NCBI GenBank assembly: GCA_016748015.1
Contig: JAAOMT010000076.1
Coordinates: 1-64,000, forward strand
DNA length: 64,000 bases
Source of the DNA: Geosiphon pyriformis uo1
Lineage: Eukaryota > Fungi > Glomeromycota
Direction of reading: 5' to 3'
Shown here: one piece after another, positions 11,200 to 24,223 of the stretch
How the letters are laid out: every line of letters starts with the position of its first letter
Position numbering within the stretch: the stretch's first letter is position 1
Made by a program: the position numbers and the translations under genes
The notes under the pieces: generated by a model
Database searches by the model: none
Told to the model about the DNA's origin: nothing
What the model saw: only the letters and a program-made list of their open reading frames with translations

Positions 11200-14100
11200 A
11201 ATTCAAATCATTTTTCTTAATTACAAGACTATTGTTAATTTTAATATTACAGTCATAAAGAAGTCTATTAGAAATCAAATTTATTATGCTGAAAAAAAAA
11301 AGTAGTAGTATTTTAAAAGATAGTATTAGTGACAAAGAAATTTCTACTAAAGAACTGAGTGATTGCTTTTGGAGCTTGGAAATTGGTAATTTTATTAAAT
11401 CTAATAGTATTAACATAGAAGTAAAATGTCTGGTTAAAAAACCAGTATTAACTATAATAAAAATAACAATTTTGCTAAAATAAATTTTGATTAAATACCA
11501 AAAAATTTGCAGATAAAGACCAAGAAAGTTTTGGAAAAGCCATTGGAGAAAATTAATTTCTTGAATGATAATAATAATGATGTTTTTTTGGATTCTCTTT
11601 TGGTGTTTTCATCTCCTCTCAAAAAGCTGGTCAATATTTCTGTTAAGAAGTTTTTTACTTTAGATATTAGATTAAATAAGATTGCTAAAAAAACATTTCA
11701 GAAAAAATATTTAATGATCAAAAAACTGTTTTTAGGAATCAATGGTTTTGAAGAGACATCTACCTCTTTAAAATTTGTTGGGATTATTAGAGCAATATTT
11801 ACTTTCAAATTAAGTTTAAAACAGACTACTGATAAGACTAAAAATGCAAAAATTCTGGTAAATACCAATTTTAAAAAATCTACTAAGCATTCAAATCAGG
11901 CTGTAGTAGTAAAAAAAATTTTAATTAGAACATTGGCTAATACTGTGTATACTGTGTTATCTGAGTTTAAAATAATTAAGTTGATTAAAATACAGTTGGT
12001 AGAAATGTGGAAGAGGCTATAGTAGAATTTAAACAAATAGAATATACTAATTTGATCACAGCAAAATAGTTTATTCTAATTGGGAAAGATACTATACATG
12101 TGGCAAAGACTAATAAAAACAAAAATTTATAAGATGCAAGAAACTGTAATAGAACACTGCTTTATATATTATTAATAGAAACAAATGTTCATAACATTTG
12201 GGATTTTATTAGATTAGTTAGTAGGAAAATATGTGTTGTTAATCAACATTCAGTTACATATATCTGATTCAAATATGTTGTTGTTTGTTTTAATTCTGCT
12301 AAATTACTTAATGTTATCATAAAAATCATATTAGTACTAAGAAGCACCAATCTGTGCTAGTTTTATCTAGTTTTTGCCAAGTGTACAAAGTGTAAAAATA
12401 TGAGTCATATATTATTAGACTGTTTTGTAGATGAAAATTTTCCTTTTGGTAGTTTTCTTTGCAAAATATTATCAAATACAAATAAAAGCAGATTGGTGAC
12501 TATTTATGCTAAATGTTCAGCTTTTATTATTTGTCTGGTTACTTTTGATGATGTTTTTTGGGCAAAAATTGTTAATAAATCTTTTTCTCCTCTTTTTGTG
12601 TATAATAATTTATCAAATTTTGACTTTCTTCTAGAGGTGAAGCCTATTCTGTCAGTGTCTAAAAAAATAAATTGTAGATTTGCTGTTTTTAAGCACAGTT
12701 TTACCAGTTTTATAAAGCAGATTAGTAAGCTGGCTAAGAGATTAAACATATTTAGACCATTGGTTTTTCAGTTTAGTCCTGGATATTAGCTGTTAATAAC
12801 TTTTTTATTACAAAATCAAGAGGCAGATATAGTAATGAGTAAGAGTTTGAGTGTAGTCATTAATAGCAGAATTATTGTAAAAGCAGTGGTTTTTGATCTA
12901 TTGGTTATTTCAAAATTGGAAAAGAACATAAACAATTTGTCAGTTATGGTTACAAGTCTAATAGCTAAAATAAACAATATTGGTTTAGATTCTAATGCTT
13001 GTTTTTTTCAATGATCAATTTTATTTGAAAAGTAGCTATGTGTAATATTAAAGATATAAACAACTCTGCTAAGCAAGCAGATATTATTTGTTGATACAAA
13101 AATATGAACAATTTGATTTTAATTGTTATTAAAACAAAGCTAAAAAAAAGATCTGTTCATAGATTGCTAACAAGTTTGATGGTGTTTATGTATTTACTTC
13201 TGGTTTGGACTTTAATTGAGATTGCTTGAAAGATTTTTTCCAAAATACTTTCTAACAAAATTTCTATAGCCTATAACAAATTTAATGTTTTTACAATAAT
13301 AATTGTTCTGTATTAAAAAGTATTACTATTCAATCTCCTATCTTTACAGTAAGTTCAATAATTAAAAATGTTCTAAAAAAAGATTGTAAACTTTAGCTGG
13401 TTTTGCAAGACATGTAAAAAGTTTACAACTCTGTAGATTGGTGTTATTTGAAAAATAGTTTGGTTTGAATCAAGATATATAAGTGATTTATCAGGTTTTT
13501 TGGAAGTATACACAATAATAAAATCAATTGAGTTATAATGAATTATAAACTTACTGATAAATACTAAGTACATAATAGTCTGAACCAAAATGAGATTTTT
13601 TTTTTGCTCTAAAAAATTTTTTATGACTCTTTTTTATGTAAAGTTAAAAGGCATAAGAGCTTATGTGATTACTGTATTAACACTAGTTTTGTTACCAAAA
13701 CTGACAGGCTAGAAAATCAAAGTAAACTGACTTCTTATTTAGCAGCAAGTGTTTTTGTCAATAACACAATTTGGGTAAAAAGTAGTTAGACTGTTACTTA
13801 ACATATTTTGAATATTGCAAGTAATTTTTTTAAGATAAATAACATTTTGATAAACAATAAAAAAATGATAGTCATTTTTATTAATCAGAGAATAAAAGAT
13901 GTTTTATTGTCAATATGTGGTCTGCCAATATCTATTGCTCAGAAAGAGAAGTCTTACAAATATTTTAGTATTTTTTTGTTTTCTAAAAGTTTATTAAGAT
14001 CTAGTTTGGTAAAAACTTATTCTGACATCAGGTTTTTTGCTAATTTGGTCTTAAAAAAAGCTATTTTAAACAAATAATTTTTTATTTGGTCTTGGCTGTT

Positions 14101-16256
14101 AGTCAATAGTTAGTTATAAGATTCAGTTTAGTTTTGTCTCTAAAAGTGTGTATAATAAATGAAATATGCTAATTAAGAAGAGTTTAAAAATGAAAGCTGG
14201 CTTGCCAAAAATTTTTTCTAATAAAACTCTTTACTATTCATTATTGTATGACTTGAAATTATTTGAGCAAGTGCAAGCTAAGAGTAAAGTAACTTCTGTA
14301 TTAAGTTTTTTAATTACTAGTAAAGTTCTTAGTTATCTGTTTAATCATAAGTTTTTAGATTTACAGATTCTGAATTGGTTTTTTATTTACTTTTTATATT
14401 GTCTTGTAAAGTTAAAAGTCAGTTCAGTTAATAACTTTCTGGCTAGTATGGTAAAAATATTTTTGGATTGTGATTTGTTTTTTGACAACAATCTTTTTTC
14501 TGTATTCTGTTTTTTAGATGGCACTTAAATGTCTTCTGTTTTAAGAAATTCAGTATTCTATGATGTTTTTTATTTACTTAGAAAGTTTAGTATTACCTTT
14601 GTTGAATAATTGTATAATAAAAAAAAGTTGGTTTTTGATTAAAAGAGCTTTTGTTATTAAAAAAAACTTAATTTTAAAGGCCTAATTTTTGTTTGGTTCA
14701 GAATAATATGTAACTTTTTGGCCAGTTTTGCATTTTATCTTGATGCTCAGTTGTTCAATAATAGCTTTTAGCCTTTGAACATTTTTAATATTGGTGGTTT
14801 TTTCGAAATTAAGCTTTGTCTCTTTAATGCTAATTTGGATGTTGTTAATATCTATACAAATGAATTTTTAGGGAACTTGAGTATGTATAAAATAACATGT
14901 AGTACAGCTGTATTTTTTTCTAATTTAAATGTTAATGTTGATGTTAAAATTGGTGGTTTAGTATTTTCTATAATGGCAGAATTGTAGACAATTGCTCTGG
15001 CTTTAGAGTATGTTCTAGTTTACAGTACTATTGTGGTGTATTCAAATAGTTAGACTGTTTTAGATGTTTGTATTGCAGAATTGGACATAAATTTACTAAA
15101 CTTTTACAATAGTTGTTGACTAGAAAGATGTTGTGTTGTAAACTTTGTTAGAAGTAAGGAGCTTAATGTCTCTTAAAATAAAATTAGAGGACATTCAAAT
15201 GTATTAAACAATAAATGTGCTGATAAGCTGGTCAATTTAGCTTTATATTCGAATATAATGCTTTTTGTTATTATTAATAAGAGATATATTAAGGCTGGTG
15301 AGGTGGTAGTATCTAAAAATGTTTATTATTTTACCTATAGAATTTTTAGGGCTGTTTATTGTGTACATTAAAAGGTTAGACTTGGATTTAATGTTATTTA
15401 TGTAAGCATAGCAGAAGATGTAAATTGAATTCAGATCTTCTTAGTCTGGTACTCTGATTTGCTTATAGCAGCTGGTTTTATGAGTAAATCTACTGCTGGT
15501 TTACATTTATATTTCATAAAAGCTCTGCATCATTGCTTGCCAGTTGCTGTTTAAAAACATTTGTATAATAGAAAATATTTTAATATATTGTGTTTTTATT
15601 GTAAAAAAATGAAAACTTCCAATTATTTTTTTGTGTGTTTAATAAATTTTGTTGCTTGTATTGATTTACTTAAGTTATGTTTGGTTTAGTGGAATACTGT
15701 ATTAGGTTTAAATTTGCTATTGTTTTATGTTTTGCAGATACTTTTTTTATGTAATTCTAATAATGTTGTATATACTGTTTTGTGTAAGAGTTTTGTGTTT
15801 AAAAAATAATACTTAGAAGCTGTATCTATTTTTAATAATGCCAAAATTGTCAATAAAAAGATTGTTGATTTAGTATGAGACTTGGAAATGACTTACTATG
15901 TTGGAATATGAATAATAATAGCTAAATATAGAGCAATAATAAAGAAAAAAAGCCTGATTGTACATAGTAATTTAATACTTTTTGAAATCCAAGGTTCTTT
16001 ATTTTTGCTTTCTAATAGTATTATTAAGTTGTTTAAAATTGCAAAGATATATAGTATTAGTTTTGGTTTTTATAAGCTTTGCAGTTTTTTTTCTGGTATT
16101 AATAGTATAGTATTTGTTAAGATAAGTTCATAGTATTGTTTTGATTGGCCCAAATGACTGTAGAAAATACATGATTTGTACTTAGTTTAAATTATTTATT
16201 TTAATATATTGTGCTAGATAGCATTTGGGTCTTATTTATTAAATAGAAAAAAAAAA
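11200..16256 (+). mobile_element. Degenerate LINE: ORF1 (RRM-like x3 + CCHC), ORF2 with a large internal deletion, 3' UTR, poly(A)
   Basis: ORF1 remnants in ORFs 11507-12022 and 12400-12789; knuckle CTKCKNMSH near 12383-12410; ATGA overlap at 13011-13014. The APE start (WKVAMCN..) jumps at ~13213 to RT (LIE-A-KI); FVNNTIW (=FVDDTIW) at ~13753-13773; RNase H ~14850-15240; stop at 16131-16133; A10 at 16247-16256. Confidence 0.9.
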
Positions 16257-17524
16257 GTTGGTTTGTAAAACAGTATTTTTATCTTTAATACTTTTTATTT
16301 TTATTAATAAACAGTTTTTATTATAAATAATATTATTATTTTAAATAATTTTTGTTATTTTGTTTGCAATATATATTAATTAATTAGCTATATTTATTAA
16401 AAAAATGATCAAAAAACAATATAGTTTTAAGATATTACTTAGAAATATTAATTAAAAACATATTATTACAGTATAATATTTTAATTTTTGTATGTATTTA
16501 GATTTATTAATAAGCTTATAATTGGTTTGTATATCTATTTAATAAAAATTATTTATAAAAAATTATTTACCAGTATTTAAAAATGTTTTTATAATAAAAA
16601 ATACTTTAATATTTTATGTTTATATTATAATAAAATAAAATTTTTAAATAAAATTTTTATATATAATTTTAACATAAATATGTGCTCAAAATTTTTTTAA
16701 ATATAATAACAAAATAGAAATTAGTTTTGAATAATTTAGCTTATTTATTTTTAATTTTATATTTATTGTTTTTTTGTTTATTTAATAATATTTTATATAC
16801 TGTATATTAAAAAAAATATATTATTAATTTTTAAGAATCTAAAAGTATTTATTTTATATTTAATTAAATTTTTTTAATAATAAATTTTAATATAGCTATA
16901 CAAATTTAAATACAAAGTAACTTAATTATTAATAAAGTTTTTATTATTAATTTTGGCTTTTATAAAAAATATTTATTTTTTTTGGTTTAAATAATTTTTT
17001 AAATATTAATATAAATATATATATTTTTGATTAGTTTAAATAACTAATTATATATAACAAGTACATAAATTATATTTAATTATTAATAATTAGTTTGTTT
17101 ATATTTCTTAGATTATTATTAAATTATATTTGTTAAAGTTTTAATAAAAAAAAATTGTCTTATACTATTTCTAAATTTTTAATCACTTTATTAATAAATA
17201 TATTGTTGGCTAAAACTAAGTTTTTTTTGTATAAAATTTTTTTATTGGTTTTTTTATGTATATTATTTTAAAACTACTTATTATAATTTTTAAATCTAAA
17301 TTAAATTATTATAAGCTTTTAAATAATTGTTAAATTATATTATTAATGTTTTTTAGATTGTTTTAACTTTACTGTTTTGAATTTTTTACATAAGTTTTTA
17401 TGTTTAAAAAAAAATTTTGTTTATTTTAAGATTAAATATTTTTTAAATAGTGTTTAATTAAAACTATTAATTCTAAATCTTATAAAAGCTAATCTAATAA
17501 TATTAATAATAATTATAAATAAAA

Positions 17525-20500
17525 ATCTTTTTTTTGTTGATCTTCTAGTCATAATGAAAGTAAAAATTTACTAAAAAAATATTATTTTTTAATCTCTTTT
17601 CTTTTTACTTTTTCAGTTATTTTTTTTAATACACTTTTGTTTATAATTATAGAATTGGTAGGCTTAGTTGCTAGTAGTTCTGATTCTGGTTCTATTGAAT
17701 TGAAGACCTAGTTTAACACTAAAAAAAAGTGAGTTAATAATATCTATTCTTATAATATATCTTACAAAAAGCCAAAAAAATCTGAAGCCAATATTAGTAT
17801 AATTAATTTGTCTGCTGGTTTTTTAAACTTGGCTAATATTAACAGCTTTGGTAATAAGATTGCAAAGTCTTAGAATAAAAAAGTAGGTAGCAAAACAAAC
17901 AGTATAAGTGGTTTGTCAAACATAAAAAATATGAAAAATATAGTTGCAAAGAAAACTAGTTACATCAATTCAGATGTTTTAGCTATTGACAAAATAAAGA
18001 ATAATACTATTTTTAAAAAAATGTGCATTTAAACATATATGCTAGGTTGCTTCTTAAAAACTTTTTTATTTGATATACTAAGTAATAATAACAATGTTTT
18101 AGTGCTTTTATCCTTGAAGTTTGATGATTCTAAACAGTTATTATTGGTTAAATTATGTATGTTGAATAGATAAAATTTTAATTCAATAAAATTGTTCACA
18201 TTAAATGTTGAGCTGCCTTCTGTTTTTGACAAAACTAATGGTAATAAATTGATTGCAATCAAAAAAATTTTTTATTGTGTTGATAATTTTAAAAAAGCTT
18301 TTACTCTTTTAAAATTCTTAAGAATAATTAGATTTTCTTTTACATTAGAATTAAGTTTAAAAAAGGCTAAAAAAATGGCAATTAGTGAAAAATTTTTAGT
18401 TAATAATAATATTAAGATAGTTAACAAACATACAGATTAAGAAATAATAGTCAAGAAATTTTCTGTTGATCTTTTAAAATCAGCTGTAAAATCTGTTTTT
18501 TATAAGTATGATAAAATTGTGTCAATTAAAATACAGCTTATTAGTTTATGGCAAAAGATCTTATTAAATTTGAATTATCTAATGTTGTTAGTTTGATTGT
18601 ATCCAAATAGTTAATTCTTATAGAAAAAAAATTTGTGCATATAATGTTGGCTGTTAATGATAAACAAATGTGAATGTTTAAAGATTGTTATTAGGCTTTG
18701 TTATATACTTTTTTAGTTAAGACAAGTGTTTATAATCTTTCTAATCTATTGGTTTTATATGATAAAAAAACTTGTTTTATTAATTATAATTTTAATTTAT
18801 ATGTACATAACAAATGTACTGTGATTTGTTTTGCTAATAAAACATTCAATAAAACTGTTATTGGTTCTGCTTTTATTTTTAAAGATGTAAATTTGTATTG
18901 GGCTGATTTTTTTTGGTCTGTTGTGCTTAATGTAAACAATTTGGCTATGTTTTTAATATGTATTTAATAAATAAGAATTTAAGAGGTTGTAATAAAAGAG
19001 TGATTAATTTTTAGAATCAAATTTGTTTGGCAAATATATATTAAAAAAAGCAGACATTAATTGCTTGTTTAGTTTTCTTTAGTAGAAAGACTTAGGCTTA
19101 AGTTGTTGGTAATTTTTCTTTTTATGTAGTTTTTCTGGTCTCTTTTGGTATTGGTTCATCTTCAAATATTAAATTTTCTTATTAATGTCTGTAAAAATAA
19201 ATAATAGATTTGTCATTCTTAAGTACAGTCTTACTAATCTTATAAAGTAAATTGAAAAACTGGCTAAGAGATTAGATGTATTTAAGCCAATAGTTTTCTA
19301 GTTTAGTCTTGGATGTTAACTATTAGTGACTCTTTTATCATAGAAATAAAAGGCAAATATAGTAATAAGTAAAAGTTTGAGTACAGTTGCTAATAGTGAG
19401 ACTGTTATAGAAACAGCATTTTTAGATTTGGCAGCAATTTCTAAGTTAGAAAATAGTTTGCAAAATCTTTCAGATATAATTTTGGGTCTTATGGCCAAGA
19501 TAAACAATTTTGGTCTTAGTTTGGATATCTTTTCTTTTTAATAACTGATTTTGTGTAGAAAATTGCTATGTGCAACATTAGGGATATTAATGTTTCTACT
19601 AAGCAGGCAGATATTGTTTAGTATATGTTAATTTAGGTAATATGATTTCTATTATTACAGAAACTAAGTTAAAGTTTAATATTAAGCTTTAGATAATAAA
19701 TAAGTTTAAAAGAGTACAGATTTTTACATCTGGTTTAGATAAAAATTTTTTCAGCATTAAAATAACTATAATTATGAACAATTTCTTGGCTTAGCATGTT
19801 TTAAAAATCAATAAAATTTTGGGCAGAATTGTTTTAGTTTGTCTTTTGTTTAAAAATAAATTCTCAATAATAATTTTGAAGTTGTATGCTGGTATTTTTT
19901 CTGAGGTTAAATTTGAATAAGCATTAAGGATTAATTTTTTTATTGTCAAAACAGTTAATTTTAGCACTTTTGTAGTTTTAGATAGAAATTTCAATAAAAA
20001 TAAATCGAAAAAGAGTACAAGTTTCAAGTTTTGTTTAGATCTGGAGTTAATTAATATATTTAATGAACATTTATTAGTCAAAGCTTCTACTTAAAACAAT
20101 TCTAGAAGCATCCAAAAAGTGTTAAGTTTTATATTTATGAATAGAAATTTGGCATCTGTAATCACAAACCATAAGATTAATATTATGTTAAAATTTTTTA
20201 ATATGAATTACAAGACAGTTTTTGTTTCAATTGGTTTGAGTAGTTTTCAAAATATTATCTCAATAATATTTATAAACAAGCTAATAAAAATCAATGAAAA
20301 TTTAAAATAAAAGATACAAATAAAGCCAAATGAGTACATTTAAGAAGTGCTCTTCTAATAAATTACTGGCTGTATTAGATGTGTTCAAGAAAGCAAAGTG
20401 TTATATTAATTTAAATACAATATAAGAAGTCTTAAAAAAAATTGTAGTACAATCTGCTAATGAGATGTTTTTTAAATATTGGTACAGTAAATATGATTAC

Positions 20501-23249
20501 TCAAAAAACAAACAATTGTCAAAATTTTTTAGATTGAAACTGCTCATTATCAAGATTATGAAAAAATGGAATTCTAAGAATCTGTTAGAATTTGATTGTT
20601 TTGTTAAAGTTTGGTTAACTGTTAATAATATTGAAGCTTTTAAGATTGTCAATATAATTCAAAATAATATAAGATCAATAAACATTATTAAATATTTGTC
20701 AATAATTAAGAAAAAATATCAAAAATCTAAGTATTATGAGTTAAAAACATCTAAAAATACAGCTATTTGGAAAGTAATTAAATAACATATGAAAAATTTC
20801 TGCTTTGATAAAAAGTGGATAATAAAAGTATACTAAAACAGTTTTTTTGCAAAATTGTTTTGGATTACCTGGTAGTTAAAGATAAATTAGTTATAAAATC
20901 TGATGAAGTAAAGCTTAAAGTCAATAAGATTATGGAAAGATAAATAAGGAAATAGTTAATATTTCTAAGGATATTTAAACTTTGGTCTTATCAATATATG
21001 CCTTTAGATTATGTTAATCATGATGTTTTTCCTGGTGTAATGAAAAAAATTGATATAGAAGAGCTAATTTTAGTAGTTAATAATTTACCAAATGGTAAAA
21101 CTGCTGAGTTGTTAGGAATTTCAAATAAACTGTAAAAATATTACAGTATTGAAGTGTTAAAATATCTTTTAAAGTTGTTAAATTTGTGTTTAATTTTGAG
21201 TATGGTTTCAGTTCTTTGAAGAAGAATATAGGTTTCAATAATTCCCAAATCTTATAAATAAAATAGCATTTTAATAAATACTTAGTTTATTACATTAATT
21301 AAAACAGCTAAAAAAATTCTGTTAAAGATCTTTTTTAATCAAATATTTTTGATATATAGTAAGTTTAATATTCTTTATGACAATAACTTTTTGGTATTAA
21401 AAAATATTTCAACTTAGTTTCCTATTTTTGTCATTGGTTTAGTTGTTAAAGATACACTAGAAAAAAATAAAGAACTTTGGTTGGTTTTACAAGATATGTA
21501 TAAGACTTATGATTCAGTAAAATGGTATTATCTGAAAGCTAATTTGTAGTATATCAAAATATGCAATCAATTTATTAAGTTTTTTGCCAACATACATAAG
21601 AATTAGATCAATAGAGTAATAAGTAATTTTAGGCTTTTAAATAGTTATAAAATACATAATGAATTGGATTAAAGTAAGATTTTCTCTCTTTTTCTTTAAA
21701 AAATTTTCTACAATCTACTTTTGTGTAAGGTCAAAAAACATAAGCATTTGTATAAATACCAAATTGATATAAGATTTGTAGTCAAAATTGACCAAATTAA
21801 GGCCATTAAAGAAAAACATTATTTTTTGCTGTTAATGCCTTTGTTAATAACACAATTTGGGTCAGAAGTAGCCAAGCTTTTATATAATATATTTTAAATA
21901 TTGCTAGTAAATTTTTTAATGCCAATAATATCTTAATTAATAATGATAAAACAGTGGCTATTTTTATTAATTAGTGTATTAAAACTGTCTTATTAATGAT
22001 TAGTAATTTACTGATTTTAATTGCTAAAAAAAATAAATTATATAGATACTTAAGAATTTTTTTGTTAACTGAGAGTTTTTCTAAGCTTAATCTGATTTAA
22101 GTTTATGCTAATATTAGGTTTTTTTCTAAAATGGTGTTAAAAAAGACAATTATGAATAAACAATTTTTTTATTTTGTTTTAGTTGTTTTGTAGTCTAGCT
22201 ACTAATTGCAGTTTAGTTTTGTTTTATTGAGTGTATATTGTAAGTAGAATGTAATGATCAAAAAAGGTTTTAAAACCAAAGCTGGTTTACCATATAATTT
22301 TTTCAGTGAAATTTTGTATTATTCATATAATCTAAAGCTTTTTAAATAAATACAGATTGAAAAAAAAAAGACTTTGTTGGTTACTTTTTCTAATGCATTG
22401 GGCATTCTTGGACATTTGTTTAAACATAAATTCTTGGATTTGCAGGTTCTAAAATAGTTTTTTTTGAACTCTCTGCAGTTTTCTGTTAGATTATATGTTA
22501 ATTCAATAAACAATTTTTTGGCTAAAATGGTGAAAATTTTTTTGAACAATAATTTATCTTTGGTAAACAATTTGTCTAATATATTTTGTAGTTTTAGTAA
22601 ATTCTTGATGTTGGATATTTGGGTAAAATCTCTGTATTATAGTTTTTTTTTTTGAAGTAATATGAAATTGTTTTTAGTAATAGATTTCTGGACAAAAAAA
22701 AGAATGTGATAAGTTAAAAAACATTTTGTCAATAGAAAAAATTAAATTCAAGAGGCTCTGTGCCTTATTGGTTTAAGTTAGCATTTGAATTTTTGATTAA
22801 TAAAAGATTTTTAATAGTTAATTCTGTTAATGCTGGTGAGTTGTTTGGTTTGAATATTTTAAGATTTAAAAAATTTTCTAATGTACAAAGAGGCTTGCTT
22901 GAGATTTGGTCTAATTTTATTGAAATTTATACAGATAATTCTTTGAAATGTGCTGGTTCTGCTGGTGTTGCTAATAGCACAGCTGCCTATTTTTTAACTG
23001 TAAATATGAATATTAGTGTCAAGATACATAAGCTTTTGTTCTCTACAATAGCCAAGTTACAGGCCATTACACTGTTTTTGGAGTGTATTCTATCTTCTTG
23101 TAAAATGGTTTTATATCTGAATAGCCAATCTGCTATTGATACATGTGTTTTTGAGGTTTTACTTATTGTATTAAACCTTTATAATCAGTGTTGAATAAAA
23201 AAAAAATATATTGTTAATTTGATTAAAAATAAAAATCTTTCTGTTACAT
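17525..23249 (+). mobile_element. Near full-length degenerate LINE (5' UTR, ORF1, APE, RT, RNase H), cut at its 3' end by Ty3 element A
   Basis: The 5' UTR/ORF1 start matches 57150-57300. ORF1 runs to ~19544, APE from ~19541, RT 21050-21960 (LWLVLQD, AFVNNTIW), RNase H 22920-23249 (IYTDNSL...KLQAI). Confidence 0.9.
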
Positions 23250-24209
23250 TGTTACCAATAAAATTTTAGCTATTAATTAGCATAAAATTATCCTCATAAT
23301 TCTTATTATTAATTAGCATATATTATTATAATTTCAATTATCACTTATTATTTAGCCAAATTATCAAATATTATCATTTAATTAATAACCTAATTTATAC
23401 CATAAAAATTAAGATGATCAAATTACACAATACTCTGAATCATTTAAAATAGTCAAAATTTGCCGAAATTAATGAAAATTGGCCGAAATAATCAATAGTT
23501 TGTAGAAATAATTTGTAGTTTGCCAAAATATATCTTTAGTTTGCTGAAATTAGAGCAAAAAAAAAGTGCAAGTTCAAAGATTAGTATTACAATAAGTTGT
23601 ATAAAAGAAAAGCTTCTTTCTTTAAGAAAATATATCTTACTATAGTATCTTATCTTTAGATATCTTAATTAGAACAAATCATCTTTTACATATCTCAAAT
23701 AAAAATTAAATATTTAAAAACCAAATTCTTTAAATTATTACATTTGAAATTCTCTCAACACAATTAGCATTTTGAAATTGATTAGCTATTAATTTCAGTA
23801 ATCTGTTAGTAACTCCAGACCTAAATAGAAAACGTTTCCCTTAACACAATTCTATTTTCTTTTATATTTCTTTTATATTTCTTTTTTTTATTATTATAAT
23901 CATTAAAGTAGTCTATAGACAAGATTCTTATAGAAAAGTTGACTTTCATAGCAAAATAACTATACATTTTTAGTGAGCTTTTAGATGAACAATTTCTGGA
24001 AAAGAGTTAACATTTATTACAATATAACTATACAAGTAACTGGCATAAAATTGGCCATTTCACTTATACACCCAGCAGTTCAAATTATAGGAGATAATTT
24101 GAAGATAAATTCAGTTATTGGAGGTTCAACTGCTTCCAGAAAATGTAAAATTAACAACAGACAAACATTAACAACATTCAAGAAAAGAAACCAAAAATCT
24201 CTGGTAATA
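23250..24209 (+). repeat. 5' LTR of element A (960 bp)
   Basis: TGTTACC...GGTAATA (mutated GTAACA), followed by TT-TGGTGCTCTC; contains TATAAAAG. Confidence 0.92.
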
Positions 24210-24223
24210 TTTGGTGCTCTCTT

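Noticed and set aside
16260-17520. Organellar or Mollicutes-endosymbiont DNA, given the extreme AT content
   Set aside because: No gene, tRNA or rRNA signal; contiguous with decayed retroelements, so better explained as end-stage decay.
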